Shown here: positions 33,005 through 42,392 of the stretch, piece after piece | Layout: each line of letters begins with the position of its first letter | Position numbering within the stretch: the stretch's first letter is position 1 | NCBI GenBank assembly: GCA_041613315.1 | Contig: JBFJHJ010000016.1 | Span: forward strand, 1 to 61,326 | Origin: Gemmatimonadales bacterium | GTDB lineage: Bacteria > Gemmatimonadota > Gemmatimonadetes > Gemmatimonadales > GWC2-71-9 | Direction of reading: 5' to 3' | Length of the DNA stretch: 61,326 nucleotides | The notes under the pieces: model-generated | Database searches by the model: none | What the model saw: only the letters and a program-made list of their open reading frames with translations | What the model was told of the DNA's origin: nothing | Program-made: the position numbers and the translations under genes

Positions 33005-33428
33005 GCTTCGCGTGGCCCTTGCCGAGATTGGCGCGCGCACCGTCCCGGCCCACCTGGGCGACCACGCGGCCCTTCATCACGCCGCGTCCGCAGGTGAAGA
33101 GGTAGTCGCCGGGCTGCTCCGGCGTGAATTCGACGGCGGTGGTTTGGAACGCGGGGAGCTCGAGATCGATGCCGAACCGGCGGAACCGCACCCGCTCAGA
33201 GCACTCGGCCGTCTCGTCGCGGTAGAACAGCAGCCGGACCGGGCGGCCGGCCTCCACGAACACCGTATCGGGGTCGTAGCCGCCCCGCACCACGACCCGG
33301 ACTTCCTGTGCCGCATCTCGTGGCGGCAGGGGCCGCTGCACCGGCGGCCGCGGCCCCAGGAAGAACCACAGCTCGGCGCCGATCAGCACCGCGCCCAGCA
33401 CGATCACCGCAAGGTCGACTGCGGTCAC
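32997..33428 (-). CDS. Membrane-anchored cupredoxin-domain protein (CupA-like)
   Basis: N-terminal TM helix, [21 protein letters not shown]; overlaps copA start. Confidence 0.85.
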   Translation of the reverse strand: MTAVDLAVIVLGAVLIGAELWFFLGPRPPVQRPLPPRDAAQEVRVVVRGGYDPDTVFVEAGRPVRLLFYRDETAECSERVRFRRFGIDLELPAFQTTAVEFTPEQPGDYLFTCGRGVMKGRVVAQVGRDGARANLGKGHAKHA

Positions 33429-34756
33429 ACCTTTTCGTATTCGTAGTACTCCACGCCTAGATGCGTGATCTGCTCCTCACCCATCAACCAGCGCAGCGTG
33501 TTCTTGAGCTTGATCTGCTGGATGAACAGATCGTGCTCCGGCCGCAGTTCCGGCGCCGCCATGGGGCTCTTGAAGTAGAACGAGAGCCACTCCTGGATTC
33601 CCGACATCCCGGCGCGCTGCGCCAGATCCAGGAACAGCGCCAGGTCGAGGACCAGGGGCGCGGCCAGGATGGAATCGCGGCACAGGAAATCGATCTTGAT
33701 CTGCATCGGATAGCCGAGCCAGCCGAAGATGTCGATGTTGTCCCATCCCTCCTTGTTGTCCCCACGAGGCGGGTAGTAGTTGATCCGCACCTTGTGGTAG
33801 ATCTTACCGTAGAGGTCGGGATACATCGCCGGCTGGAGGATATGCTCCAGCACGCCGAGCTTCGACTCTTCCTTCGTCTTGAACGACTCGGGGTCGTCCA
33901 ACACTTCGCCGTCCCGGTTGCCGAGGATGTTGGTGGAGTACCACCCCGCCAGGCCGAGCATCCGCGCTTTGAGCATCGGGGAGATGACGGTTTTCACCAT
34001 CGTCTGCCCGGTCTTGAAGTCCTTCCCACAGATCGCGACCCCCTTGTCGTCCGCGAGGGCCTGGAGCGCGGGCAGGTCCACGGTCAGGTTGGGGGCCCCG
34101 TTGGCGAAGGGCACGCCTTCCATGAGGCTGGCCCAGGCATAGAGCATGGACGGGGCGATGGCCGGATCGTTTTCCTCCATGGCCTTCTCGAACCCCGGGA
34201 GCGACTGATGCGCGGGCCCCGGCGTGATGAACACCTCGGTGGACGCGCACCAGATCATCACCAGCCGGGTGCACCCGTGCTGCTCCTTGAAGGTCCGGAT
34301 ATCGTCGCGGACCTGTTCCGCCAGGGCGCGCTTCGTGCTCGCCGTCTTGACGTTGGTGCCGTGCAGCCGCTTGACGTACTTCTGGTCGAAGACGGCGGGC
34401 ATCGGTTTGACGCGCTTGAGGAAGTCGGCGATCGGCTCGATGTGATGGGGCTCGAGCACCCCGGCCACCCGACACGACTCGTACGCATCATCCGGGATCG
34501 GGTCCCACGCACCGAACACCAGGTCCTCGAGCGCGGCCAACGGGGCGAAGTCGCTGATGAGCGGGGCCCGCCCCTCGGTCCGCTTACCCAGGCGGATCGT
34601 GCTGAGCAGCGCCAGCGACCCGATCGGCTTCGCGCGCCCACGCCGCACGTTCTCCACCCCCGCCACGAACGTCGTCGCCACCGCCCCCAGCCCCACGAGC
34701 AGCACGCCCAGCTTGCCGTCGGCCGGCGCGATCGTCCTTCCGTTGCGGTCACTCAC
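33425..34756 (-). CDS. ino1: Myo-inositol-1-phosphate synthase
   Basis: GLGAVATT, GKDFKTGQT, NILGNRDG, GDNKEGWD, RDSILAAP. Confidence 0.95.
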   Translation of the reverse strand: MSDRNGRTIAPADGKLGVLLVGLGAVATTFVAGVENVRRGRAKPIGSLALLSTIRLGKRTEGRAPLISDFAPLAALEDLVFGAWDPIPDDAYESCRVAGVLEPHHIEPIADFLKRVKPMPAVFDQKYVKRLHGTNVKTASTKRALAEQVRDDIRTFKEQHGCTRLVMIWCASTEVFITPGPAHQSLPGFEKAMEENDPAIAPSMLYAWASLMEGVPFANGAPNLTVDLPALQALADDKGVAICGKDFKTGQTMVKTVISPMLKARMLGLAGWYSTNILGNRDGEVLDDPESFKTKEESKLGVLEHILQPAMYPDLYGKIYHKVRINYYPPRGDNKEGWDNIDIFGWLGYPMQIKIDFLCRDSILAAPLVLDLALFLDLAQRAGMSGIQEWLSFYFKSPMAAPELRPEHDLFIQQIKLKNTLRWLMGEEQITHLGVEYYEYEKV

Positions 34757-35447
34757 TCGTCGTTCCTCGCTGTGAATATTCCGCCAGCGCCGACGGCGGG
34801 GCCCGGCGGGCCTGCGTCTGCCGCGGCGCCGGTTGTGTGATCCGGTACACGTGCATCACGCGCTGCACGACGGTCACGACCGCCATCAGCGCCAGCAGCG
34901 TCACGACGGCGGCCAGCAGCAGCCCCTGGGGGCCCGCGCCGAAGAACAGCGTCGGCACCCCCAACCCCAGCACCCGTTCGGCGCGTTGCGCGAGCCCAAC
35001 CGTGCACTCGAGTCCCAACCCTTCGGCCCGCGCGCGCGCGTAGGACACGATGAGCCCGCCCGCCAGCGCCACCATCGTGATCGCGAGAGCCGGCACCCGC
35101 CATGCGTCGGGCACCCCTCCGCTGACGAAGTAGAGCGCAATGCCGCCAAAGAGCGCGGACTCGCCGATGCGGTCGAGCGTCGAATCGTAGAAGGCGCCGA
35201 ACGGGCTCGTCCGCCCGCCCGCGCGCGCCACGCGCCCATCCAGCATGTCGAACACGCCGCTCAGAAGAAGCAGGGCGCCGCTGAGCCGCACCTGCCCGAG
35301 CGCGACCGCCACGGCGGCCCCCACCAACACCGCGGTCCCGACCGTCGTGATCGCGTTCGGTCTGACCCCGGCCGAGACCAGACGGGCCACCAGCGGCGTC
35401 AGGAGCGCTTCGAAGCCGCGTTTCAGGGCCGAGGGGATGAGTTTCAT
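34749..35447 (-). CDS. pgsA: CDP-alcohol phosphatidyltransferase, probable phosphatidylinositol-phosphate synthase
   Basis: PNAIT, DMLDGRVAR...GAFYDSTLDR, VSYARARAEGLG, RAER; overlaps ino1 start. Confidence 0.85.
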   Translation of the reverse strand: MKLIPSALKRGFEALLTPLVARLVSAGVRPNAITTVGTAVLVGAAVAVALGQVRLSGALLLLSGVFDMLDGRVARAGGRTSPFGAFYDSTLDRIGESALFGGIALYFVSGGVPDAWRVPALAITMVALAGGLIVSYARARAEGLGLECTVGLAQRAERVLGLGVPTLFFGAGPQGLLLAAVVTLLALMAVVTVVQRVMHVYRITQPAPRQTQARRAPPSALAEYSQRGTTSE

Positions 35448-35471
35448 GTTCGACGGATCAACAGGGTGCTA

Positions 35472-35500
35472 AGAATAATCCCCGCACCGACGTACGGCAA
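35472..35500 (-). promoter_or_regulatory. Putative sigma70 promoter of pgsA-ino1
   Basis: TTGCCG-17 bp-TATTCT on the minus strand. Confidence 0.55.
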
Positions 35501-35557
35501 TTGTGGGATACGCGGGCAGCGGCACGACCGGCAAATACCGCCGGCCGGCCGAGCGTC

Positions 35558-36775
35558 TCAGCGGTCGGGGTACAGGAGGTATGGCCGGCGCTCGTCCCGA
35601 AAGCGCTCCAACGCCGGCTCCCATGCACGCGCCACCGCCGCCGCCTCGCGGCCCGCTTCCAGTGCGCGCCGCACCTGGTCGGTGCCCGCCAAACGGTCGA
35701 ACCGAGCTGGCTGGAGGCGGAGCGAATCGCCCTGCTCCGCCCGTATGGTCGTCAGGAGCGCCACGGCCGCCAGCACCGGATCGTACGCGCGCCGGTCGCT
35801 GACCCGGAGGCGGACCGCGGGGACCGCCACTCCGCCGTACTTGCCGTCGGGTGGCGCCACGGGCGTCACGACCGTGTCCGTTGCCACCACCCCGGCGGGC
35901 CAGGCCGTGCGCGACGCGACGCGGGCGGCATCGAGCCAAGGCGCCGCCACCACCTGGAAGGCAACCGGCGTGCCGCGACCCACCGAGAGATTCGTCGCCT
36001 CGAAGAGCACCAGTCCCGGATAGTGCGCCGCGCTCTCCACGCTCGGCATGCTGGGCGACGGACGTACCCACGGCAGTCCGGTCTCGTCGAACCAGCGCTC
36101 GCGCGTCCACCCGGCAGCGGGCACCACCGTGAGATCGGCGCCGATGTCGAGCCGGTCATTGCCGAATCGCGCGAGCTCGCCCAAGGTCATGCCGTGGCGG
36201 AGCGGGACGGGCAGCATCCCGACAAACGAGCTGTACGCGCTGTCCAGCAGCGGCCCGTGCACCAGCGTGCCGCCGATCGGATCGGGCCGGTCGAGTGCGA
36301 TGACGTGGACCCCCAGCGGCGCCGCCGCCCGCAGCGCCAGCAGCGCCGTCGAGATATACGTATAGGGACGGGCTCCGATGTCCTGGAGGTCGATCACGAG
36401 CGCGTCCACCTCCGCCAGCATCGCAGGCGTGGGTGCCCGCGCCGCGCCATAGAGGCTGTAGATCGGGATGCCGGTGGCGGAATCCACGCCGTGTCCGATA
36501 TTCTCCTCGTCGAGAAAGCCACGGTAACCGTGCTCGGGGCTGAAGAGGGCGGTGACCCGAGCGCCGGCGTCGAGCAGGCGCGTGAGATCGTCCACCCCGC
36601 GCCGGTCCACGCCGGTCTGGTTCGTGAGCAGGCCGATCCGCCGTCCGCGCACCAGCGCCGCCGAATCGGCGAGCAGCACCTCGATGCCCGGCCGGACGGC
36701 CGGCGGACCCGCGGCCCCCGTGCCGCAACCAGCGAGCACGAGCAGGAACCCGAACCCTAGGCGACTATGCGCCAT
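35558..36775 (-). CDS. namZ: Exo-beta-N-acetylmuramidase NamZ family (DUF1343) lipoprotein
   Basis: Lipobox LAGC; GLLTNQTG, LFSPEHG, DLQDIGARPYTY, PLRHGMTLGELA, PSPSMP. Confidence 0.88.
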   Translation of the reverse strand: MAHSRLGFGFLLVLAGCGTGAAGPPAVRPGIEVLLADSAALVRGRRIGLLTNQTGVDRRGVDDLTRLLDAGARVTALFSPEHGYRGFLDEENIGHGVDSATGIPIYSLYGAARAPTPAMLAEVDALVIDLQDIGARPYTYISTALLALRAAAPLGVHVIALDRPDPIGGTLVHGPLLDSAYSSFVGMLPVPLRHGMTLGELARFGNDRLDIGADLTVVPAAGWTRERWFDETGLPWVRPSPSMPSVESAAHYPGLVLFEATNLSVGRGTPVAFQVVAAPWLDAARVASRTAWPAGVVATDTVVTPVAPPDGKYGGVAVPAVRLRVSDRRAYDPVLAAVALLTTIRAEQGDSLRLQPARFDRLAGTDQVRRALEAGREAAAVARAWEPALERFRDERRPYLLYPDR

Positions 36776-38560
36776 CGCTTCGCTCTCCTTGCCTCCCTCG
36801 TTCTCACGGCCGCGTGTGCCCGCACGACGGTGGCCCCGTCCCTCCCGACCGTCGTACCGACGCCGTACGCCGCGCTCCCGGAGCGTCTCGTTCTGCGGCC
36901 GGCCCCAAAGGTAACGATCGACTCGGTGTTGGGAACGCTCACGCTGCGCGAGAAGGTCGGGCAGCTCGTGATGCCATGGCTCCTCGGCAACTACGCGCCG
37001 TTCGCAGGCGAGGAGTTCGACCGGCTGAACCTCTGGGTGGACACGCTGGGTGTCGGGGGGATCATCATCTCGATCGGCTCCCCCCTCGACGTCGCGTCAA
37101 AGCTCAACGCGCTCCAGCGCCTCGCGCGCGTCCCCCTGCTCGTCGCGGCGGACCTGGAGTGGGGTACCGGCATGCGGCTCATCGGGGGAACGGCATTCCC
37201 AATGGCGATGGCCTTCGGCGCGACGGGCCGCGAGCTGGACGCGTACCAGCTCGGCCGCGTGACGGCGCTCGAAGCGCGAACCGTCGGCATCCACCTGACG
37301 TTCTCGCCCGTCGCGGACGTGAACAGCAACCCGAAGAACCCCATCATCAACACGCGTTCGTTCGGCGAAGACCCGGAGGCCGCGGCACGGCTCCTCGCCG
37401 CGTACATCCAGGGCGCGCACGATCACGGACTCTACACGACCGCCAAGCACTTCCCCGGCCACGGCGATACCGAAACCGATTCGCACATCGACCTGCCGGT
37501 GGTCGCGGCCTGTTGGTCCGGTCTCGACTCGCTAGAGCTGGTCCCGTTCCGGGCGGCGGTGGCCGCCGGCGTCACCGCCATCATGACGGCGCACGTGGCG
37601 CTGCCCTGCGTGCTGGGGAACGACACGCCCGCCACCTTGTCGCCCGCGGTCATGTCGGGCGTCCTGCGGGACTCGCTGGGGTTCACGGGGCTGGTCGTGA
37701 CGGACGCCCTCACCATGGGGGCGATCGTGCGTCGCTTCGGTCCCGGCGAGAGCGCGGTGCGGGCGTTCCTCGCCGGGAGTGACCTGCTCCTCATCCCCGC
37801 CGATGTACGGGGGGCGATCGACGCGATGGTCACCGCGGTCACCGCCGGTCGCATCAGCATGGAGCGCCTCGACCAGTCGGCGCGGCGGGTGCTCGCCCTC
37901 AAGGACCACGCCGGACTGTTCGCGGAGCGTCTCGTGCCGCTCGACAGCGTCCCCACCGTCGTGGGCCGGCGGGACCTGCAGGCCCTCGCCGACGACGTGG
38001 CGGCTCGGGCGCTCACGCTCGTGCGGCCGGGACCGCTGGAGACGATCCGCGCCCGACGCAGCCGGACGGCCGTGATCGTCTACGCCGAGGAGACCAACCT
38101 CTCCGCGGGCGACGTCCTGATCGGGCAGCTCCGGCAACTGGGCGACACGGTGACGCCGTTCCGGATCTACCCCGCGTCGGGCGGCCTCTCCTACGACTCG
38201 GCCCGAACCGTGATCGCCGGACAGCCGCGCGTCGTCTTCGCCACGAGCGTACGGTTCATCGCCGGGCGCGGCCACGTGTCCATGCCGGATTCCCTGGCGC
38301 AGTTGATCCTCGCCACGGCGGGCCGCAAGCCCACGATCGTGGCATCGTTCGGGAGCCCGTATCTGCTCGACCAGTTACCGGGGTACCCGGGCGCCTATCT
38401 GCTCGCGTGGAGCGCGGCGCCCGCCACGGAGCGTGGGGTCGCCCGGGCGCTGTCCGGCGGCGGCGCGATCACGGGGCGGCTGCCGATCACGCTGGGGCCC
38501 GAGCTTCCGCGAGGGTTCGGCATTCAGGTGCCGGCGAACCGTCGGCGTTCTCGGCGCTGA
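36767..38560 (+). CDS. nagZ: GH3 beta-N-acetylglucosaminidase lipoprotein
   Basis: Lipobox TAAC; ADLEWG, NTRSFG, KHFPGHGDTETDSH, VTDALTMG. Confidence 0.9.
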   Translation: MRHRFALLASLVLTAACARTTVAPSLPTVVPTPYAALPERLVLRPAPKVTIDSVLGTLTLREKVGQLVMPWLLGNYAPFAGEEFDRLNLWVDTLGVGGIIISIGSPLDVASKLNALQRLARVPLLVAADLEWGTGMRLIGGTAFPMAMAFGATGRELDAYQLGRVTALEARTVGIHLTFSPVADVNSNPKNPIINTRSFGEDPEAAARLLAAYIQGAHDHGLYTTAKHFPGHGDTETDSHIDLPVVAACWSGLDSLELVPFRAAVAAGVTAIMTAHVALPCVLGNDTPATLSPAVMSGVLRDSLGFTGLVVTDALTMGAIVRRFGPGESAVRAFLAGSDLLLIPADVRGAIDAMVTAVTAGRISMERLDQSARRVLALKDHAGLFAERLVPLDSVPTVVGRRDLQALADDVAARALTLVRPGPLETIRARRSRTAVIVYAEETNLSAGDVLIGQLRQLGDTVTPFRIYPASGGLSYDSARTVIAGQPRVVFATSVRFIAGRGHVSMPDSLAQLILATAGRKPTIVASFGSPYLLDQLPGYPGAYLLAWSAAPATERGVARALSGGGAITGRLPITLGPELPRGFGIQVPANRRRSRR

Positions 38561-38705
38561 GTGAGCGGTGAGCGATGAGCCGGACCAGACGGGGGCGGCT
38601 CCGGTGTCGCACGGTCACCAACGGCGGCGGCGAGCCTGTGGGGGCGGCGGGCACCCCGGCTGACGGCGCACCGCTCGCGCCCCCATCCCGACCCGGACCG
38701 ATCGT

Positions 38706-40487
38706 ATGCACCTGACTTTCGCCGATTGGCTCATCGTCGCCCTGTACTTCGTCGCCGCCGGCGCGATCGGCCTCGCCGTCATGGGTCGGGCACGCCGCTC
38801 GCTCGCCGACTACTTCGCCTCGGGCCGGGCGCTCCCCTGGTGGCTGGCCGGCACCTCGATGGTAGCCACCACCTTCGCCGCCGACACGCCGTTAGCGGTC
38901 ACCGGCATGGTTGCCCGCCACGGCGTCGCCGGGAACTGGCTGTGGTGGAACCTGGCGCTGAGCGGGCTCCTGACGGTCTTCTTCTTCGCGCGGCTGTGGC
39001 GCCGGGCGGGCGTGCTCACCGACGTCGAGTTCGCGGAGATCCGCTACAGCGGGAAACCCGCGGCCGTCCTGCGCGGCGCTCGGGCGTTGTACCTGGCGCT
39101 GCCGATCAACCTAATCATCATGGGGTGGGTCACCCGGGCGATGGTGACGATCCTGGATGTCGCCCTCGGCATCCAGGGGTGGACGGCCGCGATCATCCTC
39201 TTCGTCATCACGGCGGGCTACGCCGTGGTCGCCGGCCTGTGGGGTGTCGTGCTCACGGACTTCCTGCAGTTCGCCGTCGCCATGACCGGCGCGATCGTCT
39301 TGGCGGTAATCGCCGTGGCGTCGGTGGGGGGCCTCGACGCACTCGCCACCCAAGCGGCGGCGCACTTCGGGAGCGCGGAGGCGCTCGCGGTGTTCCCGCC
39401 GCTCGACGCCGCCTGGCTGCCGCTGTCCACTCTCCTCGTGTTCCTCGCGGTCCAGTGGTGGGCGGCGTGGTACCCGGGCGCCGAGCCGGGTGGCGGCGGC
39501 TACGTCGCGCAACGGATGTTCTCCGCCAAGGACGAGCGCCACAGCCTGCTCGCCACCCTCTGGTTCAACGTCGCCCACTATGCCGTGCGGCCCTGGCCCT
39601 GGATCCTGGTCGCGCTCGTCGCCACGGTGCGCTACCCCGACCTCGCGAATCCAGAGGAGGGGTACGTGCGCGCGATGGTGGACCTCCTCCCCACGCCGCT
39701 CAAGGGGCTCATGATCGCCGCGTTTGCCGCGGCCTACATGAGCACCATCAGCACACATCTCAATTGGGGCGCATCGTATCTGGTCAACGACGTGTATCTG
39801 CGCTTCGTGCGCCGCGCCGCCGGCGCGCGGGAGCAGGTACTGGTGAGCCGGCTCGCGACAGTCTTCCTCATGGTGCTCGCCTTGATCACGATGCTGTTCC
39901 TCGATTCCGTCGAGGCCGGCTGGAAGATCCTCCTGGCCATCGGCGCGGGCACGGGCTCGGTGCTCATTCTCCGGTGGTACTGGTGGCGCATCAGCGCCTG
40001 GTCCGAGCTGGCGGCAATGGCCGCGTCGTTCGTCACGGCGATGACGCTCCAGTACGCGTTCGGCTACGACGCCGCCGACCCGAGCGGGCGCAGCTTTGTG
40101 ATCGTGATGCTGTGGACCGTGGGGGTGACCACCGCCGTCTGGATCACCGTCACCTTCCTCACGACCCCGGAACCGGACGCGACGCTGGAACGCTTTTATC
40201 GGCGGGTGCGGCCCGGCGGTCCGGGCTGGCGCGGGATCGCCACCCGGCTGGGGTACGCGGCGGACCGGATCCCCGGCGGCGCCCTCTCGTGGCTGAACTG
40301 GGTGGCGGGCTGCGTGGCGGTCTACGCGGCCCTGATCGGCGTGGGTCAAGTCCTGGTGGGAACGGCGGTCCGCGGCATCCTGTGGCTCGGGCTGGCCGCC
40401 ATCGCGTTCGGGGTGATCGCCCGTAACCTGAACGCCGATCAGACGTTACGCCATGGCGGCGTTGACACCACGTCAGGCCCCGCCTAA
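38706..40487 (+). CDS. Sodium:solute symporter family transporter
   Basis: GRALPWWLAGTSMVATTFAADTP, QRMFSAK, many TM helices. Confidence 0.92.
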   Translation: MHLTFADWLIVALYFVAAGAIGLAVMGRARRSLADYFASGRALPWWLAGTSMVATTFAADTPLAVTGMVARHGVAGNWLWWNLALSGLLTVFFFARLWRRAGVLTDVEFAEIRYSGKPAAVLRGARALYLALPINLIIMGWVTRAMVTILDVALGIQGWTAAIILFVITAGYAVVAGLWGVVLTDFLQFAVAMTGAIVLAVIAVASVGGLDALATQAAAHFGSAEALAVFPPLDAAWLPLSTLLVFLAVQWWAAWYPGAEPGGGGYVAQRMFSAKDERHSLLATLWFNVAHYAVRPWPWILVALVATVRYPDLANPEEGYVRAMVDLLPTPLKGLMIAAFAAAYMSTISTHLNWGASYLVNDVYLRFVRRAAGAREQVLVSRLATVFLMVLALITMLFLDSVEAGWKILLAIGAGTGSVLILRWYWWRISAWSELAAMAASFVTAMTLQYAFGYDAADPSGRSFVIVMLWTVGVTTAVWITVTFLTTPEPDATLERFYRRVRPGGPGWRGIATRLGYAADRIPGGALSWLNWVAGCVAVYAALIGVGQVLVGTAVRGILWLGLAAIAFGVIARNLNADQTLRHGGVDTTSGPA

Positions 40488-40490
40488 CTT
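40462..40490 (+). promoter_or_regulatory. Putative sigma70 promoter of the iscA/erpA gene, inside the symporter 3' end
   Basis: TTGACA-17 bp-TAACTT. Confidence 0.65.
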
Positions 40491-40517
40491 GCGTCCAGCG
40501 ACGGAGGATGAGACACT

Positions 40518-40880
40518 ATGAGCACCGCGCAGCGCCCCGATATGACCATCGCGATCTCGCTGACCGACAAGGCCATCGCGCAGGTCAAGAGCTTCATGGA
40601 ACAGGAAAACCTCGCCCCGGACTCCGGCGGCCTCCGCGTCTCCGTCTTGCCGGGCGGGTGCTCGGGATTCAAGTACGGCCTGAACATCGAGGACCGACCC
40701 CTCGACGACGACATCGTGTTCGAGACCCAGGGCCTGCGGGTGTTCATCGACGAGTTCAGCGCGCAGTACGTGAACGGCACGGTGGTGGACTACGTCTCGT
40801 CCATGCAGGGGGCGGGCTTCACCTTCGAGAATCCGAACGCCTCAGGCGGCTGCGGTTGCGGTAGCTCCTTCACGGTCTGA
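40518..40880 (+). CDS. A-type Fe-S carrier (IscA/ErpA/HesB)
   Basis: GGCSGFKY, FENPNASGGCGCGSSF. Confidence 0.95.
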   Translation: MSTAQRPDMTIAISLTDKAIAQVKSFMEQENLAPDSGGLRVSVLPGGCSGFKYGLNIEDRPLDDDIVFETQGLRVFIDEFSAQYVNGTVVDYVSSMQGAGFTFENPNASGGCGCGSSFTV

Positions 40881-40955
40881 CCCCGTGGCCCACGGCCACA
40901 TGTGCTCTCGGGGGCCTGCGTTGCGCGCGGGCCCCTTTGGTTTACCCGCCAACCC

Positions 40956-42392
40956 ATGAGCCCGCTCGACCTGGCGGTCATGGCGGTCTACTTCGGCGCC
41001 GTGATCGCCATCGGGATCCATTTTACCCGGCGCCAACAGGACGCCGGGGACTATTTCCTCGCGCGGCACGCGATCCCGTGGTGGGCCGTGATGTTCTCCA
41101 TCGTGGCCACCGAGACCTCGGCGCTCACGGTCATCTCGGTCCCCGGCCTCGCCGCCAGGGGCGATCTGACCTTCCTCCAGTTGCCGCTCGGCTACCTCGT
41201 CGGGCGGCTCGGTGTCGCGGCCTGGCTCCTCCCCGGGTACTTCCGTGGCGAGCAGGAGACGGCCTACACGCGGCTCGAGTCCCGGTTCGGCCCAGCCACC
41301 CGCCGCGTGGCGTCTGCGATCTTCATGGCGATTCGGGCGCTGGGCGACAGCGTGCGCGTGTTCGCCACCGCCATTCCGCTGGCCATCGTGACGGGCTGGA
41401 GCGTGCCGGCCAGCATCCTCGTCGTCGCCGCCGTGACGCTCGCCTACACGTGGGCGGGCGGCATCAAGGCGGTGATCTGGGTGGACGTCCTGCAGCTTGG
41501 CATTTACGTCCTGGGCGGCGTCGCGACCGTCGTGGTCGCGGCGGGCTTGGCCGGTGGGCTGGGACCCGCGCTCGACGCCGCGGCGCTCGAGGGCAAGCTC
41601 CGGACGATCAACTGGAGCCTGTCGTTCGCCAGCACCTACACACTGGCAGGCGGGCTCATCGGCGGGGCACTGCTCTCGGCCGCGTCGCATGGCACCGATC
41701 ACTTGATCGTCCAGCGACTGCTGGCGACACGCGATCTCCCCGACGCCCGGCGGGCACTGGTGGGCTCCGGCCTACTGGTGATCGTGCAGTTCGGCTTGTT
41801 CCTCCTGGTGGGGACGGTGCTCTGGGCCGCCGGCGCCGCGGGTGCCGAGCTGACCGGTGACGAGATCTACCCGACCTTCGCCGTCCGGCATCTGCCACCG
41901 GGGATCGCCGGGCTCGCCGTGGCGGGGCTCTTGGCGGCCGCGATGAGCACCGTCAGCTCGTCGCTCAACTCGCTCGCCTCCGCCGCGACGCACGACTATT
42001 ACGCGGCGCTCACCGGCCGGCGCGACCCCCGGCACCTCCTGACGGTCGGCCGCTGGGCCACCGTGGGGTGGGCGCTGGTGCTGGCGGGAGGCGCCCTGTC
42101 GTTCCGCTCGAACGACCAGCCCGTGGTCGAGCTCGCGCTCTCCATCGCCTCCATCACGTACGGCGCGCTCCTGGGTACATACATCCTGGGCGGCGTCGCG
42201 CGACGGGCACGACAGGCGGACGCCATCCTCGCGGTAGCGGTGACAACGGTGGCGATGGTGGTCATCGTGCTCGTGAAGCCGTGGCCGTTCGCGACGCTGG
42301 CGTGGCCGTGGTATGTCCCGCTGGGCACGGCCATCACCCTGGTCGTCGGGGCCACATCGGCTGAGCTTCGTCCCACGCGTGGCGCGCCGTGA
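40956..42392 (+). CDS. Sodium:solute symporter family transporter
   Basis: PWWAVMFSIVATETSALT, GGIKAVIWVD, HGTDHLIVQRLL, AAMSTVSS. Confidence 0.92.
   Translation: MSPLDLAVMAVYFGAVIAIGIHFTRRQQDAGDYFLARHAIPWWAVMFSIVATETSALTVISVPGLAARGDLTFLQLPLGYLVGRLGVAAWLLPGYFRGEQETAYTRLESRFGPATRRVASAIFMAIRALGDSVRVFATAIPLAIVTGWSVPASILVVAAVTLAYTWAGGIKAVIWVDVLQLGIYVLGGVATVVVAAGLAGGLGPALDAAALEGKLRTINWSLSFASTYTLAGGLIGGALLSAASHGTDHLIVQRLLATRDLPDARRALVGSGLLVIVQFGLFLLVGTVLWAAGAAGAELTGDEIYPTFAVRHLPPGIAGLAVAGLLAAAMSTVSSSLNSLASAATHDYYAALTGRRDPRHLLTVGRWATVGWALVLAGGALSFRSNDQPVVELALSIASITYGALLGTYILGGVARRARQADAILAVAVTTVAMVVIVLVKPWPFATLAWPWYVPLGTAITLVVGATSAELRPTRGAP

Noticed and set aside
30447..33097. Long plus-strand ORFs (445 and 604 aa) and similar ones opposite ino1, E2, the symporter and M16
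   Set aside because: Antisense or alternate-frame shadows of well-supported genes.
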